A stretch of 64,000 bases of DNA from an uncultured delta proteobacterium (lineage in GTDB: Bacteria > Myxococcota > Myxococcia > Myxococcales > Myxococcaceae): the NCBI GenBank assembly GCA_963776345.1, contig CAVZMH010000016.1, positions 288,001-352,000 of the forward strand, written 5' to 3'. Under the pieces are notes generated by a model, which searched no databases, was not told the origin of the DNA, and saw only the letters and a program-made list of their open reading frames with translations. Position 1 is the first letter of the stretch; every line of letters starts with the position of its first letter. Of this stretch, positions 21,979 through 32,475 are shown one piece after another. The position numbers were made by a program, and so were the translations under genes.

Positions 21979-22635
21979 ATGGACGGACTGGAGCCAGATC
22001 GGTACGAGATCGGAACCGGGCGCATCGAGGCGTTTAGCGACGGTGTATACGCCATCGCCATCACGCTGCTGGTGCTGGAGCTCAAGGTGCGCCCGGGGCT
22101 CTCTGCCGCGGACCTACGCGCCGCGCTCCTCGACCAATGGGCCTCATACCACGCCTTCCTGGTGGGCTTCCTCACCATCGGGCTCATGTGGGTCCACCAC
22201 CACCGCCTGTTTTCCCTCCTCCGGCGATCGAGCGACGGGCTATTGGTGCTGAATGGGTTGCATCTGCTCACGGTGACGGTCGTGCCGTTCCCGACTGCGC
22301 TCGTCGCCGACTACCTCGGGCGCGATGGCGGGACGCTGGCGGTGGCCGTGTTCACCGGCTGGGCCGTCGTGATGGCGGCCGTTTCCCGGCTCCTGTGGCG
22401 CTACGCGATCTCAGCAAGACGGCGGCCGTCACTCCTGCGGGTAGCGCACGACGGCCCCGAGGTGAGAGCCGTAGAGGCCAAGTACCGCCTGGGACCGCTA
22501 TGGTACGTTTTCGCCTTCGCGCTCTCCTTCGTGATGCCGGCGCTTGCGATGGCGATCTGCGGCGCGGCGGCCCTCTGGCACCTCTCCCCACCACGCCCCC
22601 CTCGGCGACTGGCTGAACCCCCCAGGGAGGGTTGA
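21979..22635 (+). CDS. TMEM175 family (DUF1211) potassium channel
   Basis: RIEAFSDGVYAIAITLLVLE, WVHHHRLF, PFPT; GGAGGT RBS. Confidence 0.88.
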   Translation: MDGLEPDRYEIGTGRIEAFSDGVYAIAITLLVLELKVRPGLSAADLRAALLDQWASYHAFLVGFLTIGLMWVHHHRLFSLLRRSSDGLLVLNGLHLLTVTVVPFPTALVADYLGRDGGTLAVAVFTGWAVVMAAVSRLLWRYAISARRRPSLLRVAHDGPEVRAVEAKYRLGPLWYVFAFALSFVMPALAMAICGAAALWHLSPPRPPRRLAEPPREG

Positions 22636-22689
22636 CCTGCCATCCGAGTTCTCGCCGAGGAGGCTCCCTTGCGCTGGCCCTGCTCACTC

Positions 22690-23649
22690 TCACCTCGGCC
22701 ACCATCGCGACCGGACGATCCAGAACAAGCCGCCGGCGATGAGCGCCATGGCTGCGAGGGTCAGGGGATAGCCGTAGCGGTAATGAAGCTCCGGCATCAC
22801 TTCGAAGTTCATGCCGTAGATCCCGGCCAACAAGGTCAGGGGCAAGAAGATGGTCGAGAGAGCGGTGAGGAGGCCGAGTCGGCGGTTCACCAGGTCCTGC
22901 TGCGCCGATTCGTACCGCCCCTGGAGATCGCTCGCGCGCCGATCCAGACGGTCGATGTCACGGTCGGTCGCTCGCGTGATCTCGATGGCGACCTGGAAGG
23001 CGTCCACCAGGTGGTGCAGGGGCAGGACAGGCCGGTTGCTGACCCTGAGGATCTCCAGGACCGCGAGATACTCGTCCACCGCCGCACCGAGCGCCAGCAC
23101 GCAGTGCTTCACCGCCAGGATCTCCACAAGGGAAACCGACCGCGGGTCCGAATCCATCCGGTCGGCGAGCACATCCGCCTCCCGACGCAGCTTCACGAGA
23201 TGGTGTCGCAGACGGGAGGACTGGACGACTGAGAGCGCACAGACCACACCGGCGGTCGTCCCTTCCGGGAGCTTGATCCTTTCATGGATGGCGTCGTCGA
23301 GAGAGGAGCCGTCGGGCGCCTCGTGCATGGTGACCACGAGTCGTTCGAGGCACAGGATGCCGAACCGGGCCGGCTTCGTGGGCCCCTCGCTTCCAGGGAT
23401 CGCGTAGGCGATGAAGAGGGCCCCCTCCAGAGGGAGGATCCGCGTCTCGCCCTCGTCGGCTTCGAGGACCTCCAGCACGACCGCATCCAGGCCCAGGCCC
23501 GTCAGCCAGGCGGCCACGGCCTCGGGCTGGCAGTCGCCGAGGTGGACCCAGTACGGACCCTCGCCGGCGTGCCATCCCTCGATCGCCGAGGTCTCGGCCT
23601 CCGGCCTCATGGCGCCACCGGGCTCGAGGGCGAGGCAGGTGACCTTCAT
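22690..23649 (-). CDS. CorA family divalent cation transporter
   Basis: IFLPLTLLAGIYGMNFEVMPELHYRYGY with two C-terminal TMs. Confidence 0.9.
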   Translation of the reverse strand: MKVTCLALEPGGAMRPEAETSAIEGWHAGEGPYWVHLGDCQPEAVAAWLTGLGLDAVVLEVLEADEGETRILPLEGALFIAYAIPGSEGPTKPARFGILCLERLVVTMHEAPDGSSLDDAIHERIKLPEGTTAGVVCALSVVQSSRLRHHLVKLRREADVLADRMDSDPRSVSLVEILAVKHCVLALGAAVDEYLAVLEILRVSNRPVLPLHHLVDAFQVAIEITRATDRDIDRLDRRASDLQGRYESAQQDLVNRRLGLLTALSTIFLPLTLLAGIYGMNFEVMPELHYRYGYPLTLAAMALIAGGLFWIVRSRWWPR

Positions 23650-23745
23650 CGCTCTTTCCTATCGCGGCTCGGCCGCCGAACGCGAGCGTGGGCGACCGTT
23701 CCGAGGCCGCGTTGGATCAGTCTGAGGGCTGGCGTTCGCGGGGGC

Positions 23746-24459
23746 TCAACCGCCGATCTTCTTGTAGCTGGAGTTCTCCACTGCGATGCCCAGCTTCTGC
23801 GAGGGCACGTCCAGCTGGATCTTCGCCGGATAGACCCAGCCTTCCGGGAGCGCTCCCCAGCTCACTTTGAGCCCGACCGGATCCTTCTTGTCGGTGAAGG
23901 TGGCGACCGTCATGCCCGCCATGCGGTCGGTGGCGGCGTTCAGATTGATGGTGAGGGAGTCACCGGGCTTCAGGTAGTCCTTGATCACCATCTGGACCTG
24001 TCCCCCCGGGTCAGGCGGGCTGACCGCCACTTTGCCCGCGGCCTTGGCGGCCTGGATGCGGGCGGGATCCGGCGGGACGTACTGCTTGACGAGGGCGATT
24101 GCCTCCTTGGTCGCGTCGGAGATCTCCTCCTTCTTGTTCTCGACGATCTTGCCCTTCGCACCCTTCGGCTGCTTTCCCGCGTCCTGCGGCGGGGCCGAGA
24201 GAGGAGTCTTCGCCACCTTCCCGTCGGGGAGGTAGGCGCAGCTGACCTGGGTCCGTGACTTCTCCTCGCCCTTTAGGGAGACGGCCGTGGTCTCGATCCA
24301 CTGGTATTGCCGCAGCGCCGCCCCGCTCTTCTGGAGCGAGTCCTTGATCGCGGCGACGTGGTCTTTTCCGGCGGCTGCGGCCGGGGGCTGCTGGGCTGCA
24401 GCAGGCTGGATGAGACAGAGCGACAATGTTCCGATGACACCGACCATACGGATGAACAT
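23746..24459 (-). CDS. Hypothetical exported protein
   Basis: Signal peptide (MFIRMVGVIG...PAAA), Lys-rich soluble domain, AGGAGG RBS. Confidence 0.7.
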   Translation of the reverse strand: MFIRMVGVIGTLSLCLIQPAAAQQPPAAAAGKDHVAAIKDSLQKSGAALRQYQWIETTAVSLKGEEKSRTQVSCAYLPDGKVAKTPLSAPPQDAGKQPKGAKGKIVENKKEEISDATKEAIALVKQYVPPDPARIQAAKAAGKVAVSPPDPGGQVQMVIKDYLKPGDSLTINLNAATDRMAGMTVATFTDKKDPVGLKVSWGALPEGWVYPAKIQLDVPSQKLGIAVENSSYKKIGG

Positions 24460-24699
24460 GAAACCTCCTGAGGTAAAGGTGCTGCCCGCGTCACGGGCCG
24501 TGCCGATTTCGATCTCCACCAGGACTGCCGGCTCACGAATCGGCGGTCCCTCGGACGAGGAAGCTCGTCTTGTGCTGCGCCGTCTGCGTTCCGTCTTGCC
24601 CACGTCACCGAGGATGCCCCTCCCGTCGGGCACTCCTTGGAGCAACTCCTGGAATTTCCAGGTCAGGATCTGCGCAGGGCAGTGGATGGGCAATGAGAC

Positions 24700-25406
24700 G
24701 AAGGGCTTACGAACCGCGGGTGACGCATGCTTGCGGCTGTCTCAACAAGTCCCCGGGCCCCGCTGCCTTGGGCGACCGATCCTGCGAAGCTCAGCTGGCC
24801 TACGCGGTCCGGGCGCGGCTCCTTCCGGAGCATCCGCTCCGGGACGTGCCGCTCCTGCGCAGGCCGAACGTCCGCCAGATGGTGCTGGACGAGGAAGGGT
24901 TTCAGCGGCTCTTCGCAGCGGCGGAAGAGGCGCTCCAGCCCATCCTCCTGGTGGCCTTCGACACCGGGATGCGGAAGGCGGAGATTCTCGACCTCCGGTG
25001 GCATCAGGTGGACCTCGGGGCCGGGCACATCCGGCTCGAGGCCGAGGACACGAAGACGAACCAGGCCCGGCTGATTGTCCTCACCGAGCGGTGAGCACGC
25101 GCTCCGTGCCCTCCCCCGCGGACTGGGACGAGCCTCAATGTTCGTGAATCCAGCCACTGGCGCAGCATGGGTCGACATCCGCAGCCGTTCCGGCGGGCGC
25201 TCGAGGAAGCGAGGCTCGAGGGTCTGCGGTTTCACGACCTCCGGCGGACCTTCGTCACCCGGGCACGCAAGCACTGAATCCCCGAGTCGGTGGTGATGTG
25301 GATGAGTGGCCACCGCACCCGCGCGGTGTTCGACCGCTACAACGTCGTCGACGACGAGGATCTGCGAGCGGCAGTGCGCGCGCTCGAAAATCCAGGACAC
25401 TTTTAG
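24700..25406 (+). pseudogene. Tyrosine recombinase/integrase remnant 1
   Basis: [36 protein letters not shown]; interrupted by stops at ~25092 and ~25275 and by frameshifts; 5' boundary approximate. Confidence 0.88.
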
Positions 25407-25485
25407 GACACAGTCACCGAAATGCGCCCCCAGAAACACCAAAGCCCCACCGTCTCAGGGACGGTAGGGCCTCGGCTTTCGTGAG

Positions 25486-25495
25486 TTGCGGGGGC
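25486..25495. mobile_element. att-like copy of the tRNA-fMet 3' end (TTGCGGGGGC)
   Basis: Identical to 31086..31095 and in the same position relative to the integrase remnant and hairpin. Confidence 0.7.
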
Positions 25496-26043
25496 CCGAT
25501 CAGAACGGTACAGCATACCGGCCCCTTGTTCGTGGCGGACATCGGCCGGACTCGCGGGGCCTCCGATCCGAAAGGTTTTGTTCGGGTCCTGCCGCCGCGG
25601 CTCGCCGGGTAGTCACGGTTCGGACTCGACAGGATCTGGACTCCGACAGAGTCCGCGCGGGCGAGCGGCCGTTGTTTGCGTGTGCGCCTCCGGAGTCTCG
25701 CCCGTTCTGGAAGATCTTCACTCGATAGGAGCGCGCGTTCCTCGGACGCCAGATCGCGCGACAGGACCATCGCCAAGGGCTAGCGGTCCGGGTATCCGAA
25801 GTCTCGGGACCCGTCGCCCAGATCGATTCCAACCGATATGACGCAGGACGGTGAGCCCGCCCCTCTCGCCCAGCGCCGTCCGTCTCCAGCTCGTCTCCCC
25901 GAGGAGGCGCTCCCGGTGCGTCCTGCTCTACGAGCCTGACCTCGACGGGTGCCGCGTGCTTCTCTGGACGGTGCCGACCTTCGCGACCGGCCTCTCGTCG
26001 AACGGTGGGCGGTGCTGGAGCGCATCGATAAGGAGACTCTCCA

Positions 26044-26424
26044 ATGAAACACAGCACCATGTTGACCGTCGCATCTCTGCTCACGCTCCTCTTCCTCACG
26101 CTTCACATCACGGACGACATCGTTCGTGGAATATCGAAGGCAGAGAGCTCAAACACTGCGTTGCTCGTCCTCGCGGTGTTCCTGTATGGGACACTCGTGC
26201 TCCCCGAACGGCGATCGGGGCACGTCATCACCCTGATCATCGGATTGATCGCAGCAGCCATGCCCGTCATGCACATGAGGGGGGCACATTACGGCGAGAC
26301 CGCCACATCCCCCGGGGGCTTTTTCTTCGTCTGGGTACTCTGGGTGCTCGGCGGGCTAGGGGGCTTCACCGTGATCCTCTCGGCGCGCGGGCTGTGGGAT
26401 CTGCGACGGAAGCGGCCGCAGTAG
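26044..26424 (+). CDS. Hypothetical four-TM membrane protein
   Basis: AGGAG RBS; hydrophobic helices with His residues (LHITDDIVRG, MPVMHM). Confidence 0.7.
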   Translation: MKHSTMLTVASLLTLLFLTLHITDDIVRGISKAESSNTALLVLAVFLYGTLVLPERRSGHVITLIIGLIAAAMPVMHMRGAHYGETATSPGGFFFVWVLWVLGGLGGFTVILSARGLWDLRRKRPQ

Positions 26425-26451
26425 TCCAGTGCAACGGGCGACGCTCGGTGA

Positions 26452-27408
26452 CTACTTGCGCGGTCGCGCTTTCCGCCGATTCGAGCGTTCACGCCTTCGG
26501 CTCGTCGTTACGGCCTTCGTGGTGCCGGCTCTCTCGAACAACTGCCGAATACCGTGTTCCAACAGCTCGACAGCCCTCTCCAGGGCACCGAGCTGTCCGA
26601 CCCGCACCATCGCGACGGACATGTGCAAGTCGAATGAGGGCGGACGCAGGACTTCGACCATGTCGAGAGCGTCGTTCCCGGCAATGAAGCGCGAAGGGAG
26701 CAGTCCGACTCCATAGCCTGACTGAACGAACGCCAGCTGCAGATGCATGTTGTGAATTTCAGCCGCAATCATGGGCGTTTGGCCGGCAAGACCCATCCGG
26801 TCGATGAGGCCTGCCCGAAGGAAGCAGCCTGGCGGATTGAGCACCCAGGGTGCTCTTCCCAAGCTCTTCCAATCGCCGTCGACGTTGCCTCTGGCGCTTT
26901 GGACGATCTCCACGCGGTCTGTCGCGATGACATTCGTCAGTAGCGGCGGAGGCGCGGCTTTGCCTTCAGGCAAAGGCACGACGGCGACATCGAGCTCGCC
27001 TGCGATCAGCCGGTTGAATAGTTCCGGCGTGCGCTCGCTCAACAGCAGCAGTCTGAGCTTGGCGAATGTCTCGGTCAGTACCCGAATGGGTTCGACTAGC
27101 GTCCCTTCGGCCAGGGGATGCGCGAGCCCGATGCGCATGAGGCCGTGAGGTTCGGTGTCGCGAGACGCAAGAGATTTCACCGCCTCCGCCCGCTGCAACA
27201 GATCGCGCGCCTGTTCAAGGACCTTGGAGCCCAGCGAGTTCAGGCGCGGCGGCTTCACCGAGCGGTCGAGAAGCTCGGCACCCAGTGCAGCCTCCAGCCT
27301 TTGTAGCTGCCGGGTTACGGCGGACGGTGTCCGGAATAGACGACCAGCTGCACCGGCCATGGACCCGGCCTGGGCAAACTCCACCAGCGCGTGCAGATCG
27401 TCGAGCAT
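26452..27408 (-). CDS. LysR family transcriptional regulator
   Basis: GSMAGAAGRLFRTPSAVTRQLQRLEAALGAELLDR HTH, GELDVAV. Confidence 0.92.
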   Translation of the reverse strand: MLDDLHALVEFAQAGSMAGAAGRLFRTPSAVTRQLQRLEAALGAELLDRSVKPPRLNSLGSKVLEQARDLLQRAEAVKSLASRDTEPHGLMRIGLAHPLAEGTLVEPIRVLTETFAKLRLLLLSERTPELFNRLIAGELDVAVVPLPEGKAAPPPLLTNVIATDRVEIVQSARGNVDGDWKSLGRAPWVLNPPGCFLRAGLIDRMGLAGQTPMIAAEIHNMHLQLAFVQSGYGVGLLPSRFIAGNDALDMVEVLRPPSFDLHMSVAMVRVGQLGALERAVELLEHGIRQLFERAGTTKAVTTSRRRERSNRRKARPRK

Positions 27409-27567
27409 GGGAGCCTCCTGAAGGACTCCACGCGATAGCATCCTCGTGCGGCCGCAGCAAGATCATCGTGACCATAATGAACTTGGCGCACTGTCGATCT
27501 TCCGTTACGACGGCCGCGTAGAGCCGGGGGCCCGACGCTCCCGACGATGGCCATGAGGCACTTCACG

Positions 27568-30072
27568 ATGGACACCCTACTTCGGGACATCCGGTACGGC
27601 TTGCGAGTCCTCTTGAAGAAGCCGACATTTGCGATCGTCGCGATTCTGACGTTGGCGCTTGGCGTGGGGGCCAACACGGCGATCTTCAGCATCGTGAACG
27701 CCGTGTTGCTCCGTTCACTTCCGTTCCCCGACCCGGACCGTCTTGTCAGGATCTACTTCAACAACCCGGGGGTAGGACTGCGGGGCGTCCAGTTTTCCGT
27801 GCCAGAATTCGACGATCTCAAGACGCGAACGGATGTGTTCGACGACGTGAGTGTCGTCGTTTTCGGCCCGACGAACTTGACCGGTGCCAAACAACCCGAA
27901 CATCTCGAGATGAGCGAGGTTTCTCCCAGCTACTTTTCCATGCTCGGCGCCACTCCAGAACTAGGACGCCTCTTTGGTGACCAGGACTTTGCGCTCGGTT
28001 TCGCGCCCGTGGCCGTGATCAGCGATGCCTTGTGGCGCCGATCTTATGGGGCCGATCCTGGCGTCCTCGGCCGCAGCCTCCGCCTCGATAACGATCTCTA
28101 TACGATTGTTGGTGTGCTCTCTCCCGGATTTCGCAACCCCGGAACGACTTTTCCAGCCGTGGAGGTGTGGATCACCTGCGGATTCAGTGGCGAGCCGTTC
28201 CCAGCGCCGGCGCGTGGCATGCGCATATTGCCCGGGGCAATCGGTCGTCTCAAGCCGGGCCTCACCGTGGCACAAGCTCAAGCGCGGCTCGATGCCATGG
28301 CTGCCAGTCTGCGTCGCGAATTTCCCGGCGATTACCCTTCGCAAGCCAGATGGACGGTCGAGATCGTGCCGTTGCAGCAATCGCTGGTGGGTAAGGTTCG
28401 ACCGATGCTGGTCGTGTTGATGGCTGCCGTCATCTTGATCGTTTGTGTCGTGTCTCTGAACATTGGCAGCCTGCTTCTCGCGCGCGCCTCTGGACGACAG
28501 CAAGAGATGGCACTGCGCGCGGCGATGGGAGCGAGCGGGGGCAGAATGATCCGGCAGATGCTCACCGAATCGCTGTTGCTGGCTTTCCTCGGAGGAATCG
28601 CAGGGGTCACGACGGCGGTGATCACACTGAAAGCCGTCTTGCGATTTGTGCCGGCGAATCTTCCGCGTCTGGGCGAAGTGGACATTGATTGGCGGGTCCT
28701 GGGGTTTGCGTTACTGATTTCGCTGGCGACCGGGTTGCTGTTCGGGCTGACTCCCGCGATCAATTCATCCAAGGCGGGACCTGGGAGCGCGATGCGCGAA
28801 GGCTCGGGCGGCTCGGGCTACAGTGCGAAGACCGGGCGCATGCGCGACGCGCTGATGGTGTCCCAGCTGGCCTTTGCGGTAGTGCTGATGGTCGGCGCGG
28901 GGCTCCTCTTGGAAACGCTGCGCGATCTGTTGCGGCAGAATCCGGGCTTCAATCCATCGCAAGTTGTTACGGCAAATGTCTATCTGTCAAACCCGAACAA
29001 TCCACAGCTCGATTCATATCACACCCTGGCGCAGCAGATCCCGTTCAATCGCGAGCTGCTGCGGCGCATGAACGCGATTCCCGGCGTGGAGCTGGCGGCG
29101 ATCACGTCCAATTTGCCGGCCGCCGACACGGTCAACAGCGAATCGGCGGCGTACGGCGCCACGAATCACAATGCGCTGGCCATTGAAGATCGGCCCACGG
29201 AATCCTCGGCGGATTTGAGCGCGGAAGTCATCCGCATCAGCCCAGATTATTTTCGGGTGATACAAACACCGCTCGTGGAGGGGCGCTTCTTCACCGAGGA
29301 CGATGAAGATGGAAAGTTGCCCGTGGCGATCATCGATGAGGCGACTGCAAGGCGCTACTGGGGCCCCGATGTTGATCCGGTGGGCCGGCGGCTGCGTATC
29401 CGGTTGCGTCTCGGACGGAATCCTGCGAATCCATGGAGCACCGTGGTTGGCGTGGTGAAGAATATCAAGCACGACGGGCTCGATGTCGATGGCGTACCGC
29501 ACGTCTATGTTCCGTTGAATCAATTTGTCGGGCGATCTTTGAGCTTCGCGCTGCGAACTTCTTTGCCCGCGAGCACGCTGGAGACGCAGATTCGCGGCGC
29601 GGTTCAAAGCGTCGATCCGGGGCTCCCGGTATTCAGCGTCACCTCGATGGGCGCGGTACTGAGTGCATCGCTGGCATCGCGCCGGTTCTCGGCGAATCTG
29701 GTCGCTGGCTTCGCAGCGGTGGCCCTTCTGCTGGCTTCCATCGGGATCTATGGATTGCTGGCGTACATGGTGGGGCAGCGGTCGCGCGAGATCGGATTGC
29801 GAATGGCGTTGGGAGCTGGCCGCCGAGACGTGCTGAAGCTGATCCTGCGGAAAGGCGTGGCGCTCGCCATGGCAGGGATTGTCGCGGGCCTCATCGTTGC
29901 AGCGTCGAGCGCCTCGTTCATGGCGATCCTCCTCTATGGCGTCCGGCCAAGGGACCCCGGCGTGTTCATGCTCGTATCGCTGTTGCTGCTCGTGGTGGCG
30001 ATCGCCGCCAGCTACATTCCGGCTTGGCGAGCGACGAAGGTGGAGCCGATCGTGGCGCTGCGGGAGGTCTGA
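27568..30072 (+). CDS. MacB/FtsX duplicated permease (ADOP-type); no adjacent ATPase
   Basis: MDTLLRDIRYGLR..AILTLALGVGANTAIFS, RQQEMALRAAMGAS, QRSREIGLRMALGA, PAWRATKVEPIVALR. Confidence 0.9.
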   Translation: MDTLLRDIRYGLRVLLKKPTFAIVAILTLALGVGANTAIFSIVNAVLLRSLPFPDPDRLVRIYFNNPGVGLRGVQFSVPEFDDLKTRTDVFDDVSVVVFGPTNLTGAKQPEHLEMSEVSPSYFSMLGATPELGRLFGDQDFALGFAPVAVISDALWRRSYGADPGVLGRSLRLDNDLYTIVGVLSPGFRNPGTTFPAVEVWITCGFSGEPFPAPARGMRILPGAIGRLKPGLTVAQAQARLDAMAASLRREFPGDYPSQARWTVEIVPLQQSLVGKVRPMLVVLMAAVILIVCVVSLNIGSLLLARASGRQQEMALRAAMGASGGRMIRQMLTESLLLAFLGGIAGVTTAVITLKAVLRFVPANLPRLGEVDIDWRVLGFALLISLATGLLFGLTPAINSSKAGPGSAMREGSGGSGYSAKTGRMRDALMVSQLAFAVVLMVGAGLLLETLRDLLRQNPGFNPSQVVTANVYLSNPNNPQLDSYHTLAQQIPFNRELLRRMNAIPGVELAAITSNLPAADTVNSESAAYGATNHNALAIEDRPTESSADLSAEVIRISPDYFRVIQTPLVEGRFFTEDDEDGKLPVAIIDEATARRYWGPDVDPVGRRLRIRLRLGRNPANPWSTVVGVVKNIKHDGLDVDGVPHVYVPLNQFVGRSLSFALRTSLPASTLETQIRGAVQSVDPGLPVFSVTSMGAVLSASLASRRFSANLVAGFAAVALLLASIGIYGLLAYMVGQRSREIGLRMALGAGRRDVLKLILRKGVALAMAGIVAGLIVAASSASFMAILLYGVRPRDPGVFMLVSLLLLVVAIAASYIPAWRATKVEPIVALREV

Positions 30073-30115
30073 AGCCACTCCTGACGATCAAACGCCGTAT
30101 CCAAAGGAGTTCGCC

Positions 30116-30496
30116 ATGAACAAGACCGCAATTGCCTCGCCCGAGCTTGCCCCGCCGGTCGGCCCGTTTTCCCAGGGGATCGAAGTCGGTGGTTTCATCT
30201 ACTTCAGTGGTCAGGTCGGTCAGGACCCCGCCAATGGCAAGGTGGTCGAGGGGGGCATTGCGGCCGAGACCGAGCGCGTCTTCCAGAATCTCGCGGCGGT
30301 TCTCAAGGCGGCCGGAAAGAGTTTCGATCACGTTGTGCGCGCCGGTGTGTATCTCACGAGCATGGGTGACTACGCCGTGTTGAATGGCATTTACGCCAAG
30401 CATTTCAGTCGACCCTTTCCCGCCCGTACGGTGATCGCGGTGGCCGCGCTGCCCCTCGGGGCCTGCGTTGAGATCGACCTCGTCGTGAAAGCTTGA
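30116..30496 (+). CDS. RidA/YjgF family enamine deaminase
   Basis: GPFSQG, YFSGQVG, PFPART, LPLGACVEID. Confidence 0.9.
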   Translation: MNKTAIASPELAPPVGPFSQGIEVGGFIYFSGQVGQDPANGKVVEGGIAAETERVFQNLAAVLKAAGKSFDHVVRAGVYLTSMGDYAVLNGIYAKHFSRPFPARTVIAVAALPLGACVEIDLVVKA

Positions 30497-30530
30497 GGCA
30501 ACGCACTCCCGCTCGAACAACCGATCCGTA

Positions 30531-31057
30531 CTCTTCGCAGTAGCGGAAGAGGCGCTCCGGCCCACTCTCCTCGTCGCGTTCGACACGGGGATGTGCAAGG
30601 AGGATGTCCTTGCGCTCCGCTGGGACCAGGTGGACCTCGACGCGGGCACCATCACGCTCGCGCCCGAGGACGCGAGGACGGACGAGCCCCGGCTCATCGT
30701 CCTCACCGCACGCGCGAAGGAGGCAGTCGCCGCTCTTCACGCACCGAAAGCCAACGGCTACGTCTTCCGGAACCCCAGGACGAAGACGCGCTGGGTGGAC
30801 GTGAAGAAGCGGTCCTCCGTGCGGTGAAGGCCGCGGAACTCCACGGCCTCTGGTTCCACGACCTCCGCCGGAGCTTCATCACCCGGGCGCGCAGAGTGGG
30901 CGTCCCGGAATCCGTCGTCATGCGCATGAGCGGGCACCGCACGCGCGCGGTGTTCGAGCGGTACAACGTCGTCGACACCCAGGACTTGCGAGCGGCAGTG
31001 CGCGCGCTCGAGAGTCTTGGGCACGCGCCCAGAAACACCAAAGCCCCACCGTCGTAA
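30531..31057 (+). pseudogene. Tyrosine recombinase/integrase remnant 2 (5'-truncated, frameshifted, catalytic Arg replaced by Cys)
   Basis: [37 protein letters not shown]; clearly homologous to remnant 1. Confidence 0.88.
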
Positions 31058-31085
31058 GTACCGGTGAGGCTTCAGGATTTCGGGA

Positions 31086-31159
<74 letters not shown>

Positions 31160-31222
31160 GCGATGTGGCGGTGCTTGTAGCGGCGTGGGGGTGATCCGTC
31201 AAGGCCAATTGGCCGCTCTCGC

Positions 31223-32458
31223 TCACCCCACCGGCCGCTGATCGTCGATCACCTTTCCATCGTTCGGCAGCGCGCCCGCGTCCACCAGCTCCACCTCGGA
31301 CCGGAGCTGGGTCAGCTCCCTCAGGGTCCGCACCAGCGCCTCCGCCAGCCCCGGACGATCCTGCGGTTCCACCTCTGCCCGCAGAGTCATCGAATCCAGG
31401 TCCCCGGGGCGGGTGACCACCAGACGCGCGCGGCGGACTGCCGGATGCCGCCGGCCCAGCTCCGCCACGTGGCTCGGATGGACGAAGAGTCCCCTCACCT
31501 TCGTGGACTGGTCCGCCCGTCCCATCCACCCGCGGATCCGCACGTTGGTTCGCCCGCACGGGCTCTGGCCGGGGAGAATCGCCGAGAGGTCTCCGGTGGC
31601 GAAGCGCAGGAGCGGCGACTCCGCGCTGAGGACCGTCACCACCACCTCCCCCACCTCTCCCGGCGGCACGGGGTCACCGGTGCCGGGGCGAACAATCTCC
31701 AGAATGACCTCCTCATCCACCACCAGCCCCTCCATGGCCGGCGTCTCGTAGGCGATCAGTCCGGCATCCGCCGTCCCGTACCACTGCAGCACCCGCACCC
31801 CGCGCGCGGCGAGGCCCTTGCGAAGCGTGGCCGGGAGCGCCTCCGCGGTCACCGAGGCCCGGGTGAGCGAGGAGAGGTCGAGCCCGAGCTCGGCCGCCCG
31901 GTCGAGGAGGACCTTGAGGAAGGACGGGGTCCCGCCGTAGGCCGTGGCGCGGAAGTGCGCGGCCGCCGCCGCCTGCGTCTCGGTGGGCGCGGTTCCGGCG
32001 GGAATCACCGCGCAGCCCAGCGCGTGTGCCGCCGTCTCCACCATCGAGCCGGCCGGGGTGAGATGGTACGAGAAGCTGTTGTGCACCACGTCGCCGGCGT
32101 GGAACCCCGCAGCCCTCAGCGCCCTCGCCGCGCGCCAGGGATCCAGGCGACGGGGCTCGAGCTCGTAGACCGCTCCCGCCGACACGAAGAGCTTCGCCGC
32201 CTGCGGCGCCGCGACGGCCGAGAATCCTCCGAATGGCGGATCCTCCCGCTGCAGCTCGGCCAGCTCGGACTTCCGGACCAGCCGCAGCCTGGCCAGCGCC
32301 CGCCGGTCGGTGACCTCCTCCGGGACCACCGCCGGATCCCGTCGCCGGTAGGCCGGCGCCCGGGCGAAGGCATGGGCGACCACCGCGGGCAACACCTTCA
32401 TCAGCGCGCGCTCGCGCTCCTCCGGAGCTCGCCGCTCGCTCGGATCCTCCGTCTCCAT
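31223..32458 (-). CDS. Phenylacetate-CoA ligase family protein
   Basis: FSYHLTPAG, GTPSFL, YGTADAGLIAYE, RFATGDLS, GWMGRADQSTKVRG. Confidence 0.88.
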   Translation of the reverse strand: METEDPSERRAPEERERALMKVLPAVVAHAFARAPAYRRRDPAVVPEEVTDRRALARLRLVRKSELAELQREDPPFGGFSAVAAPQAAKLFVSAGAVYELEPRRLDPWRAARALRAAGFHAGDVVHNSFSYHLTPAGSMVETAAHALGCAVIPAGTAPTETQAAAAAHFRATAYGGTPSFLKVLLDRAAELGLDLSSLTRASVTAEALPATLRKGLAARGVRVLQWYGTADAGLIAYETPAMEGLVVDEEVILEIVRPGTGDPVPPGEVGEVVVTVLSAESPLLRFATGDLSAILPGQSPCGRTNVRIRGWMGRADQSTKVRGLFVHPSHVAELGRRHPAVRRARLVVTRPGDLDSMTLRAEVEPQDRPGLAEALVRTLRELTQLRSEVELVDAGALPNDGKVIDDQRPVG

Positions 32459-32475
32459 TCCCCGCCCTCCTCCCC

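Noticed and set aside
25484..25545. VAGARSERY... peptide reading through the att core, reminiscent of serine recombinase tails
   Set aside because: Too short, and no recombinase body is present to support it
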